Assembly: GCA_010909165.1 (NCBI GenBank) | Contig: MU008181.1 | Coordinates: forward strand, 62,001 to 126,000 | From: Anthoceros angustus | Taxonomy: Eukaryota; Plantae; Anthocerotophyta | Direction of reading: 5' to 3' | DNA: 64,000 nucleotides | Shown here: in pieces, positions 26,841 through 38,500 of the stretch | How positions within the stretch are numbered: position 1 is the stretch's first letter | How the letters are laid out: each line of letters begins with the position of its first letter | Made by a program: the position numbers and the translations under genes | The notes under the pieces: model-generated | What the model saw: the letters and a program-made list of their open reading frames with translations, nothing else | What the model was told of the DNA's origin: nothing | Databases searched by the model: none

Positions 26841-27237
26841 TTCTCCAATACCCTACCTCCCCTACCCTTGCCACGATCAGGCTTGAGTGCGCCGATCCGT
26901 GGCAAGGCACCCATTTAGATCAGGTTAACTTAAATGTACCGTAGTGCTTTATTCTTGTGTTGGGATCAACTGGAGAAAGCCCTGATGGAGGCCTTCTTCC
27001 AGGTCAAGCTGAGAGTCCATCCAATTTTGGGCATTCAAGGTCTCATGTATTGTAATCTTTACTTTCAATTCTGGCATTTTCACGCCGGGAATGGATGTAC
27101 ATATGTAGATTTGTAGAGTGTAGGCGCTCCGTGGCAACGGCTAGTATCCCCCGGTTCAAACCGCGGTTTGTTGGGTGTATTTTTAGGCGGCCGCTCTCAC
27201 TGCGCAATAATTACTACATGCATGTTCACTAACTTAT

Positions 27238-27245
27238 TTTCGCGC
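27238..27245 (+). promoter_or_regulatory. Canonical E2F site TTTCGCGC upstream of CDCA7
   Basis: Exact consensus match about 400 nt upstream of the ATG. Confidence 0.4.
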
Positions 27246-27638
27246 CAAGTTATGTCACCGTCGATGCTGCCCGATCCGACGGCGTCCCTCGGTCGTGAAG
27301 CCAACTCTTACTCTCGGGCTAAAACAGAGCTCTACGATGGCGGCCATTGCTGTCTTTGCTGCAAAGATCCTTCCCGCATTGCATCATCTCTGTGCGCTGT
27401 GCTGCAACTCGAAATCGGCCGGCGCAGGCGCAGATTTTGCCGGAGCGTGAGCTCGGTTGGCATTGCGCGTATGTAACTGTATTGCGCTTTTTGCGATCAT
27501 GTCCGACTGTGAAGATCTGGTGAATGAAATGGAGCGTAAAGGAGCAAGGATTTGCGCAAGGTAGCAAGAAGCGGGGTTTGTTGAGCGTGAGCACTATTGC
27601 TGCTGGGAATTTCAAGAAGGTGTGGAAGGTGCGGGGAA

Positions 27639-28863
27639 ATGGGGGGGAAGAGGAGGCGGGCGAGCCCGGGCCCGGGCGAGGAGGAGCAACCGGAGGTTTG
27701 CGAGTATGAGCAAGAGCGGCAGGCCAACATCCTGAAGAACGAGAAGCGGATGGCAGAATTGGGGCTGCTGGATTCTTGCCAGGCTTTTGCGAGAGCTGGG
27801 AGGCCGAAAAAGGCCCAGCGGCCGGCGAAGCGGCCCGCCACGCCGCCTCCCACCCGCCGGTCGTCCAGGTGACGAGGAAGAGGAGATGGCTGTCTTGTGA
27901 TGTCCGATTTCAGCTTGCGCGCCTGATGTGGGATAAATGCAGACTGCAAGGCGCGCCCGTGCCAACCTACCGGGAGCTGTCGGAGAGGGACATCAACGGG
28001 GGCGGCAACAGCGGCAGCGGCGTCTCCAGGAGGGAGATCCCTGAAGGCACCAAGCCCGAGTTCTATACCGACCAAGACGAGAAGCTCCTGGGATCGTACC
28101 AAGAAGCATGGGAGCTCTTCGTCGATGGCTTCGGCCCTGACGGCAAGCGCGTCTACGACCCCGTGCGGGGCAAGACGTGCCATCAATGCAGGTGTGCTTC
28201 TCCCTCCAGCTTGCCCTCTTTGCTTCCCTGCCTGACTACCGTTCCCCTTCTAATAAATTGCTTCGTCTTCTTCTCGCCCCTTCAGGCAGAAGACCATGGG
28301 CCTGCGCACCTGGTGCAGCCAGTGCAAGGCCCTGCACGGCCAGTTCTGCGGCGACTGTCTCTTCATCAGGTTTGTGCCCTCGCCTCCTCTCCTCCTCATC
28401 TTCCATTCCCGCACCTCACATTTTTACCATACGCCGGGCATGCGTTTCAGGTACGGTGAGAACGTGCGGGAGGCGCTGCAGAACAAGCAGTGGGTGTGTC
28501 CTGTGTGCCGAGGCATTTGCAACTGCAGCTTCTGTCGCCCTAAACGGGGCTGGCCGCCCACCGGTTGCCTGTACAAAGTGGTAGGTTCTGGCTCTCCGTT
28601 TCAAGGGAAGAATGCTGGGATGAATGGATGCTCACTTCCGGGCCTGGCTGGCTTCTGTTGTGTTGTGTGTCCAGGCTGTGAGGGAAGGCTACAAGTCGGT
28701 GGCTCATTACTTGATGCGCACCCGGCGAGCCCCTCCGCCTCCACCGCCCACACAAGAGTCCGAAGAGAAAGCCAAGGCCGTGGATGCGTGTGCGTCATCG
28801 GCAGCCTCTATACGCCGCTCCCTCAACTTCCCCGTCGCAGACATTCTTCTTTCCAGCCGCTAG
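27639..28863 (+). CDS. CDCA7: Cell division cycle-associated 7-like protein (zf-4CXXC_R1), multi-exon
   Basis: CEYEQERQANILKNEKRMAELGL; RVYDPVRGKTCHQCR|QKT...CSQC...GQFCGDCL..R|YGENV...WVCPVCRGICNCSFCR...GWPPTG; GYKSVAHYL. Confidence 0.93.
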
Positions 28864-29760
28864 CAGAACGCAGCTGCATCTGTGCACTCCCATCTGCGTG
28901 CAGCCTGGTGCCCTTCAACTCGCTCTCCTGACTGTAAATATCGAATACCTACAATTAATGGGAAGACGAGGACTGTCGTTGCACAGTAGGTACCAAGATT
29001 TCAGCTTACTGAGATTCCAGCTGACCTACAGCACATACATATGCATGTACTTAGGTGTCCATCCATACTAAATAGGTAGGTAGAAGACCTTTAGTGAAAG
29101 ACGAGATGGGTGAGCCTCATCCGCTGTTTCTACCTGCGAGACTTGCTTGGAAATATCTTGAAAATCAGACGGAATGAAACTTAATGCTTTCAGACAGCTC
29201 CTCCCTGGAGTATGCAGTCACGCTCAAGTGGTGTTTACATTGAGTTTGGTGCCCCTCGGTATGCGGCTGTTGCCGAAGCATTATTTACTTACTATAAAAT
29301 ATTTTATACCTTATTATATAATTATATAACTGGTCGGTGTTCTGGGTACGGCCCCGTCTCCTTCGTTGAGGCTTTTCGCGAACGCCGGCCCGTTTTGCCT
29401 GGATGTTGGGTTCCCATGAACGGGCAGCCCGGGTCGGAAACGCTATGATCGCCCACAACGATTTACTCACATGTGGGACCACAGGCTCTAAATTAAAAAC
29501 CCTGACTCCCTCCCTCAGTCGCCCGTTGTACACGGGCTTGCCGCTGAGCCGAGGGCGAATTGAATAGGGGGCTCAAACGTTTGGTGGTCAAACGGGAATC
29601 CCATTTGATCGCCAAAATATGCTCGATAAGTTCATCTGGGATGTTGGAGACGGGACCCGTTTAGGATCCCCCTTTGCCACAAACCGGGAAATGGTAAGAA
29701 TTTGTTTATCGAAAATCTCGTTTATCACTTGAGTTAGGGTTTGTATGAGGGTTCTTCAGT

Positions 29761-31200
29761 TTGAATTCCTTGGCGAGTCTACTTCACAAAATGGCTCATG
29801 TAAGTCAGCAACTTCAAATGTTGGAAGCGGTGGCCCAAGTGGTAGATTTGAGTTTCGTGATGGAAGAGGACAACTCTTATTTGGAATATGCTAGTGGTGA
29901 GAAAGAAACAAGCAAGCTTTCACTTAAGAGCTTCAAATATGCAGATTTGCTTGGTGAATGACCCATCATCGTTGTAGTGGTTACAATTCTACTTGTTTTG
30001 AATCGGAGAGGTACTTGGCAGATAGGACTCGAGGTTAAAAAGTTCACAGTATGTCTTGTTCTTTTTTCAGTATGATATGTGTCCTAGATCATTTCGTCAA
30101 ATGACTAGAATGGACAAGCAATCATTCTTCTCTTTGGTGGACATGATTTCCTCTCAACAAGTGTTTCAAAATATGCCTACAATTGGCGCTATGTCACGCA
30201 TCTTAGCTATAGGAGTGTTGAAATCTGCCTTGTGTGTTGAGCCATAGGTGTTTTTGTATGCAGCTACCAAAAGGGGATAGTTTACATAGCTATTATCACC
30301 CAAGAGATATTGCCCAGGCTCATATAACACGTGATATGATGCTCAAGAGAGGAGCGGCGAAGGCATGTAATGTCTACACAGCTACCTAGATTTCCTCCAA
30401 TTATGATATCAAGTTTTCATAGCCCAAACCTATAAGCTAAACAGGCAACGAAGCGTGAAATGAAGTGAGGTTGATGCTTGTAGTTCCTCCAATTATGATA
30501 TCAAGTTTTCATAGCCCAAACCTATAAGCTAAACAGGCAACGAAGCGTGAAATGAAGTGAGGTTGATGCTTGTAGGCCAGACCTGTAGACATGTAGAGGA
30601 GTCTACTCTTGTCATTGCAAACAACTTGAGCATTAATATTGTACCTACCTTTCCTGTCATAATAACATTCACCATGAGCCTTGGGTTTCTGTGCTAGGGG
30701 AAACACTATGCCATCGATAAGCCCGATGCAACCTAGAAAGCCTAAAATTGTAAACCTCCTAATCAAAAGGGCACGCTCATCTTGTTTCGGCCACTGTACG
30801 TATGGAGACATTACATTTTCTAGAGCTAGAAGACATATTCGAGTATAGTTCACCACACTGCCTATGCTCATACCCCACTGCTGTAAGGTCTGTTGAATGG
30901 AAATTCCATTGCTAGAATGCCCTAACCTATCATTGTATTGGGGTGTTAAAGTCTCGTTGGTTTAGTTTGAAGGAAATACGCACTCAAATTAACAACAGAG
31001 CTAGCTATTCACATATTTGCCGTTGGATCCTGGTCTGTGCCCTTATCCACAATTATATGGTGTCCACACAAGATCTATGGTCGGAAAAAGATATGTTGGG
31101 GACATGCATATATGAAGACACTTACCCTCGCGAGCATGAAGAAACGAGTACTCCTTCGTAAGCAAGAATACCATCAGAAGCTGCTCATCGAGTTGCAGGG
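29761..31200. pseudogene. Harbinger transposase pseudogene with the central ~740 bp inverted
   Basis: Plus strand: FRQMTRMDKQSF...VFQN and HCIGVLKSRW...CALIHN. Minus strand: DRLGH...GSVVNYTR...GCIGLIDG...YYDRKGRYNINAQVVC and GQYLLGDNSY...FNTPIAKMR. Confidence 0.85.
30392..30575. repeat. Perfect 92-bp tandem duplication inside the inverted transposase segment
   Basis: TTCCTCCAATTATG...GATGCTTGTAG at 30392 and 30484. Confidence 0.9.
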
Positions 31201-31298
31201 CGGGAGTTGCAAGAAAAAGTCATGGCAGCAACTTTAAGGTTTCACCGTTAGCCAGGAGGTTGTCTTCATATGTAAACTCGTGTACAGCAGTCAAAGAG

Positions 31299-31790
31299 AA
31301 AGCCCGTCTCAAGTGCTTTCCTAAGATGTAACACATGGCAAATTTGGACAAGTGAGTAGGTAGACACTAGTGCTCAAAGTTTTTGCTCTCAATCACCAAT
31401 CTTGGTTTAGAATTGCAACTTCACATGTGGTTTCCAGACTCTACAAATTGTCTTAAATCTCGACAAGGCTGCCAAAAGAAAGCCTGTTTCAAGGCTTTCC
31501 TAAGATGTAACTCATTACAAATTTGGACAACTAGGTAATTGGTAGACACCAGTGCTCAAAGTTTCTACCCTCAATCACCAATCTTGTTTTAGAACTGCAA
31601 CTTCTCATGCGGTTTCCAGACTCCACAAAACATCTTAAACTTAGACAGGGTAGTTAAAAGAAAGCTCGTTTCAAGGGCTTTTCAAGATATAACTCATTAC
31701 AAATTTAGACAAGTAGGTTGGTAGACACCGGTGCTCAAAGTTTCTGCCCTCAATCACCAATCTTGATATAGAACTGCAACTTCTCATGGG
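31299..31790. repeat. Diverged ~180-bp tandem repeat, about 2.7 copies
   Basis: AAAGC...TCAAG...GGTAGACAC...GTGCTCAAAGTTT...CTCAATCACCAATCTTG starts at 31299, 31479, 31661. Confidence 0.85.
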
Positions 31791-32333
31791 GTTTAGTTTA
31801 TAAGATAAACTTCAGATTAGTTCATAAGCCCGAGCCAATGCCTTTGCGTACTCGTTTTGAGCTCAATGCAATTTGTGATAAACTGACTCCCAGTTGTGTG
31901 GGCATAGATGGCTGGGAGCCGCAAGTCAAAACAAGAGCACGAGAAGAAGGGACAACATTTTGTGGAAGAGGGGTGGGATGAGCAACCATGGGACGCCTTG
32001 CAAAAGTAGGAGAAGACATACCATAAGAGGGTATGAGCTCTTGCAGGAAAGACGCAGGAATGCTAAGGATGCAGAGAACTCTTTCAGAGGAGGGGAAGAG
32101 GGGGAAACAGAAATGTGAAAGATGAACGTGAATGAGAATGTGTTGTTTGTGTTGACACAAGAGGTCACAGCATTCGCCCAATGCCTGCATCGAATCGGGG
32201 TTGTCGTTGAATGTGGAGGCAAATGGAAATTTCGATTATAGGCAGGTATCATGCCGTGTGATACTAATCTCTGCACTTGGGTTTAGTGTTTGATTAGCAT
32301 TAATTAATCTAATTACTTATCTTTAAGTAAGTA

Positions 32334-32440
32334 ATTAGTGTTAATTAATCTAAAGTGCTTATGTTAATTAAACATTGATTAGTGTTAATTAATCTAAGGT
32401 GCTTATGTTAATTAAGCATTGATTAGTGTTAATTAAACAT
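32334..32440. repeat. 44-bp AT-rich tandem repeat with multiple TTAATTAA palindromes
   Basis: ATTAGTGTTAATTAA starts at 32334, 32378, 32422. Confidence 0.85.
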
Positions 32441-34752
32441 GGTTAGCAATAGCTAAGTGGATAAGCTCAAGTAATATGCTTTGGCATATTCCTTGCATAT
32501 TATAGTGTACTCTTAGGATATTTACGGCATATCGATGCGATAGGATATCTTAGGAATATGCGATGCGGGGTTAGTATATATAGACCCTTCCATTGAGGAC
32601 AAGCTTAGATCATAGCTTGTCCTCTGATATCTAATCTGAGGTGTTGTGAGGAGGCCAAAGCTATGACTCAGGAGGCGATGTGTGAGGAATTTGCGTGTTG
32701 TTCGTGGGAGAGTGTGTTTGTCTTTACGATGTGCGAGCTACTCCCTCCTGTTATTTATTGGTTTGCACCTATATACTGCGTATTAGATTTGTTTGCTTGG
32801 TTGTTGGTGGGAAGTGCTTATATGAATTCAAGTGCTTCATAAATGCGTATGAGTAACAAGTTGAGTTTGAGACCCCTCTTTCAAAAACTTATCATTTAGA
32901 GAAGAACATGGGAGCCCTCGAATATACTCCCACTCTCCATAATCTTCGGGTTCATGATGAGCCGTGTCCTCTCAAACGGGAAAATTCCCCTAACTGTTTA
33001 AGAGGTTTGGCAGAACATGTTTGTCAATGAGCCCCCCTAATGTAAATACTACTTCAGACACGGTCTTCCACAACCCACACTTCTAGCCTCTTAAAATATT
33101 TCTTTTCAATGCCATAAATTCCCCAGCAAATTACATGCCACCATTCTACTCCATGTTCGACACAATATAGTAGGCACATCCGTAAACCATGGGACCAACC
33201 AGTGCCACCACAAACAAACTTTTTGTCAGCCGAAACTCGCGAGCTCCTGACGTCGACCCATTCTCCTAGTGACAACATTGCGAACCTAGGGCTTCTCTAA
33301 TGCAATGCAAGGAAAACCCGCCAAGGGCAGGACCCCAGGTAGCCTCATCAGTGCCATAGCGCAAGGTGAGGTCGTCCATTGTGGAGCTACTTTTGCTGAC
33401 GGCCAGCCGGGCGTACACAAGTCCCGTGTCGTTGTAGTCCCGGTCCCAAGGGAATAATCTTTCTGTTCGCTTGCGATTTCCTACTCAGTGACCTAACTTA
33501 TCCTTCTTCTACTGCGATCGGCAACCTTCTAGGCGACAATGCATGGAAGAAACCGATTCACCTCCGCGTCTCCCTTGCGGACTCTGGTGAGACGCGAATT
33601 GCGGCGTGGGACGGAGGTGCCACTCGGGGAGGTGTTTTCCACAAGGGACTGAGTCGTACTACCCTCTATATCCTCAGCGCCCGTATCGCTCCCTTGCAAC
33701 GTCCGCTTACCTTACTCTATGTCTCACATTTACACTATCGTACAGACACGGTGTGGCCAAACATTTAAGGACTCGTTCTCGTCCCAGTGTCCTCTCTCTC
33801 ACCTGGGGCTCCCTCGCCGCTTTACTCTTGCCGACCTCGTCCGCACCCTGAGGTGCTTGGTTGGAGTTGCATGTTCCGGTGAGTGGGTTGCAGCGCCTCC
33901 GCGTTTGCGTCCACCGGTCCGTCCAGTTCGGGCTCTACACGTCCTCCTTGGTGACTAGCCTTCTGCGCCCGTTCCGGTCTGCTGGTCATCGGGGTCCTGC
34001 CCTGGAAGAGCAGGGGTCTCGACTTCTCCACACCTGCACTCACCACCACGCGTTAGGGGTCCGTCACTAGAACCTGGATAGTTCTCTCCGGAGTAGTCCG
34101 CCCGCTCGGTGACTCGAGACTCGCGTTAGTACTGGACCCACACGAGCCTGAAGGTATAATGCAGCATCAACCCCAAAAGAAAAATCACACTACTGGGACG
34201 GCAAACCCCCTCTTGTACTACGTTTCGAGGTAGTGCCTTTATTACATTCCTAAATTGGCTTTGTTGCCAGCTAACTACGCACGCGCAAGTGATGCCAATC
34301 CCCTGCCCGTGCCTACCTATGTCTACGACAGTGAGGCTGTTGTTGACTATGGCTGACTCCTGACCCTGGCAGCCCAATCCCTAGCTTTGGCGCCTGGGGG
34401 CACCCAATCGGATTATTCTTGACCCCGTAGTCCCGCAGAGGCCCTATCCCTTCCTCTAATCCGGTCAAGGCATGCCATCGAGGTGGCGACAGCTAACATC
34501 GTTATTAAATCCTCCTCGGCTCATTCATGACTCTACCAGTCTCATGTTGTCATTGGTGCCATGGTGGGTCCCCTACCCGCAGGTCCGTTTGTCTTGGACT
34601 GGTCGAGTCTGACCTCCGACCAAGTCCGCCCTTAACATTAGAGGTCGGGCTTCTGGGTCCGTTCCTCCCCTAGGAGTCCGGACTTCTGGGTCCGTCTTCA
34701 TAATAGGGGCTCAGACCTCTAAGTCCGGCCTTTCCTCAGGGGTCCAGACCCT

Positions 34753-34863
34753 CAAGTCCGGACCCGCCTCCGGTATCCGGACCTCCAAGTCCGGACCTGC
34801 CTCCGGTATCTGGATCCCCAAGTCGGGACCCGCCTCCGGTATCCGGACCCCCAAGTCCGGACC
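34753..34863. repeat. 33-bp GC-rich tandem repeat, about 3.3 copies, within a longer TCCGGAC-rich tract
   Basis: CAAGTCCGGACCCGCCTCCGGTATCCGGACC starts at 34753, 34786, 34819, 34852. Confidence 0.85.
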
Positions 34864-35117
34864 GTTTCACGACCGCGTCCCCACAGCCCCGATCATCGTG
34901 TCCCGGAGCCCTTCAAGTTAGCAGCTGTGCTTCCACAGCCACAAAATGAGACACCGGCCCCTCTTCCCTTCTCGGTCTTCCCTCCTCCGAAGCACTTCCC
35001 CTTACACCCCCCGTGTTGGGTGCTAGGTGCGGAGGACCTACCTCTTGCTCCGTCGTAGTTGCTCCGTCGTCTTCCCCCGACCGTCTTCTGTCCACCGGGC
35101 CCTTCTCGCTGCTGCTC

Positions 35118-35858
35118 TCATTCCCAAACAGAGCACCCAAGTTCCCCGCAGCTGCGTTTTCCCCCAAACCTTCTCTCTAGGCCCCTCAGGCTCTTGGTGG
35201 CCCGCGTTGGTCGCTGGTGGTGCACCGCCAGCTCCGCATGGTAGTACGCGAAGTCCGAGTCGACCTGCTGAATGGCCTCCTCCACATGGGCCCTGAGAAC
35301 TCGATATTCCCGCCTCCAGAGGTTCACCGGTAATCGAGCGTGCTCGTCCACCCGTTGGGCCGTTCCATCCCCCATGCCCTCTAGCCGGGCCTTTGCAGCA
35401 TCCCTGAAAGCCGTTAAGGAGGCTTCCGCCACCTTCTGAAGCCGTCGCTTCTCGTTGGCCCGCTCTGTTTCCTGTTCCCTCTGTAGAGCGGCCAATTGGC
35501 CCGCCAAGACTTGGGATTCTCCTTCCGTCCTTCGCAGACAGACCAGCAACTTCTGCTCTTCGTTCCTCCATTGCTGCTGCTCCGTCACCCTCTAGCTCAG
35601 CACTTTCATCTCCCTCTCCAGCCGGTCCGGGGTTTCTATTAGACGGTTGGCATCGGCCAGCTCCTTCTGAAGCTCCGCGACATCTAATTCCTTGCTTCGC
35701 CGATGGCTTTCCTCCACCCTAAGGCAGAGTTGGATTCTTTCTACCTCCCGCTCGTGGTCCGCTAAATCAAAGCACGTTTGCCAGTCAAGCGTGCACTTCC
35801 TCCGAGCTATGGAGTGCCCACTGAAGGTACAGGTTTCAACACTGGGATAGTTTTGCAT
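35118..35858 (-). pseudogene. Coiled-coil ORF with one in-frame stop, probably derived from a transposable element
   Basis: ORFs 35592-35858 and 35118-35588 are in the same frame separated by one TAG; E/Q/R/L-rich heptads; no family motif recognised. Confidence 0.4.
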
Positions 35859-37138
35859 GGACGATTTAAATTGCTAGGATCTTAAGGAATTGAAGATCGC
35901 ATACATTTATATTCCATCACTACAACAATATAGATGATATTAAGACAAAAATAAAGACAAAATGGAGACGAAATCCTCCCTCTAATGACGCGGCGGCCCA
36001 GAATGCATTCCGTCTTTACATTGTCATAACGAGAACGTCAGACAGCGGGCTAATGACACGGGAACCCCAGGCCTCCTCCCTTGGTTAACCCGCACGTCAG
36101 GGGAAATCCGTGCGGCTATCCGTCTCCATGAACGGACGGAAGAGGAGAACCGGACCGGCCCACCTCAAGCACCTCGGCCGTTGAGCGGACCGGCGAGTAA
36201 GTAAGCATGTCCGCCGTCCCCGTTCTCCACCAGACCCGGGTGTGCGTACGACGTCCGCACACAATGTCCGGTGGTGGCTGACGTCGCAGGCGCAGACCGT
36301 GCTGCTAGTACGGTTCCTGTTTTGAATTCCAAACATAGTTTTTGTCCTCCCCGGGTGGTGTTCGCGCCAGCTATTAGACTTAGCAACTGTCAATCCAGAT
36401 TTTCACGTCCCGCTGCAAAGCACGTCAACAGGTGCCACAGCTGTACAGCCTCAACAATCGGCTACGCTTGATTTTCACGATCGCACGTAACATCCGCCCG
36501 GGCCCGGGTTCCACAAAAAAGGGTGATGCCTGTTCAAAGTGATTCTGATAAGGATGCCCATTTACATTAGCGAAAGCACGTTCGGGAGCTCGTAATCAAA
36601 CACCCACGGCGTGCATTTGGTGCTTAGTCATGGAGTCTACAAAAAACGCAAGCAACAATTGCCCATGCCCCTAAAGATAGCGATGCGCAGGTAAAGTGGG
36701 GGGCCCATCCGGTTTAGCGCGTTTATGCTTTCGCGATGCACCACCGCAGGCAGCGGCTCGCTTTCCCGCATTCCCCAATCCGGTCCGAAGTGGTGTGGGC
36801 TTGTGTTTTGCAGTGGATTCCCCCTGTCGCTCCTCCCTTCGCACTCCCCCCACCTGGACATCGATCCCATGGGACCTGAGACACAATCCATGTGCATAGC
36901 CAATGCAAGATGTATCCACAATGGACATGGGCTGCTTACCGACGTCTGTCTCCTGTTCCGCGTTGCTCTTCCTGATGGTGCAGCTCCCGGTGACACTTGA
37001 GATGAAAGCACAATGTCAATGGCAGCCACGCATGCCGAAGTTCGACGCTGCTCCGTCCACCGACTTGTCCCGCCATGCGAAGCTTTAGGCGCTTCCATAT
37101 TGCCTCGCAGAACAACATCGTCCGGCTCAACACTGATC

Positions 37139-38107
37139 CTAACATGTTACGAATACAAACCCCAAGAAGTCGTTATAAGAAAACTCTAGGCTCACCACTG
37201 CAAGTGCGGGAGAAGGATGCGCCCGTCGACTCCATTGGCCCATCTCACGAGATGCAACCTTCTCCGGGACCACGGATTGTCGCCTCGAGAATCCAGCCAA
37301 TCCACCTTTTCCGTATGGATTTGTCCCCGCCTTGCCATGCTTTGCGATACGCGCTTCCACCGCCTTCCGCTGCTGTGGCACAGGCCACACGTCGTGGTTT
37401 GTTGCCAGCTCGCACACTCCGGCCTCCACAGCCTTCGTCCAGGCGGCCAAGCCCACATTGCCTGGTCGAAGATGGTCACCAGCTTCGCCCCGATTCCTCC
37501 TTAATTCCGCTGCCTCTCGGACCCTGGTTCGGACAAAATAATTGCGAGCCCGAAGACAATTGCTGAACCGTTTCTTGATGTAATCCCGATTCAAGACCTT
37601 TGGAAATTCTCGGGCAACCAAGTCCAGCAGACGAGTGCAGAGGGACTTGTCCTGCTGCGACCAGCAAGTCAAAATCTGCAGCCTGGTAACCACCAACTCG
37701 TGCACCCGGGCCATGAAGGCACTCTGGTCCGTGTCCCCTCCCCCCTGCCCAAACAGCCCTACTTCTTGTTCAACGACCGTCTTCAGTGTTGCTTGCACCA
37801 TCCCGTGGCCGTGAATGTGAGCAAGCGCCTTCAAAGCCGGTCCTAATGGCACCCCGGTGAAGCTCGCCACCAGATCGCTATCCACGTCTGCCCCAATTAC
37901 TGTGCTCGGATCTCCACCAACATCGATGAAGCTTTTATTCCATTGCGCATGAAAGGTGCCCTGTCCACATTGTAATTCCTCCGGCTCAGAGCCCTCACCC
38001 TCGCCACCTTCTAGCTCCTCCCCCCAGCCACCACCCATGCTCTCCTCCCCATCATCGCCCGATGTCCCCTCACACATGAGGCCCCCACGCTCTACCCAAG
38101 AAGGCAT
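37139..38107 (-). pseudogene. CACTA second ORF (TnpA/Transposase_24-like) fragment
   Basis: 322-codon ORF inside the element, downstream of TnpD; acidic N-terminus, RP...W spacing and YGKGGLAGF resemble TnpA-type proteins. Confidence 0.5.
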
Positions 38108-38500
38108 CTTTCACCGCGACCTCAATAACCAGGTGAGACACACAATCCTGGGATTAGCAGAACAACGAGGAAGCGGCGAAAGGGAAAGAGAGCGCTAGAC
38201 TTGCACTGGGAACATACCATTGAACTATGCACATGGCCAAAACGCGGACATGAAGACCCTACCCATTGCAGCGTTTGCTCGGAAGTTCAAACCCCAATGT
38301 ATCCTTGCATTGGCGGTCTCACGATCAGGAAAGTCTGGCACACTTTGGATGACGCCATCTCCCTGACATGGCGACCAGGTGGCAGGGCTTGGCTCACGCC
38401 GATGGCATGAGCCGGCGGCCCACTTCACCTCAATAGCCTTCAGACCGTGACATAAGGGAACATGGGCGCAAAACCGCAACAGCAGCGTAAGAGCGACCTG

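Larger units (their letters stand above)
29566..33038 (+). mobile_element. Degenerate PIF/Harbinger DNA transposon (about 3.5 kb)
   Basis: Candidate TIRs AGGGGGCTCA / TGAGCCCCCCT, each flanked by AAT (29563-29565, 33039-33041); contains DDE_Tnp_4-type transposase fragments. Boundaries are less certain than the family call. Confidence 0.6.

Noticed and set aside
31800-32280. ORFs as the Myb/SANT second gene of the Harbinger element
   Set aside because: No Trp-spaced Myb motif recognised in any frame
34386-34394. TTTGGCGCC as the primer-binding site of an intact LTR retrotransposon
   Set aside because: No LTR pair and no gag, RT or integrase motif found; only a short match
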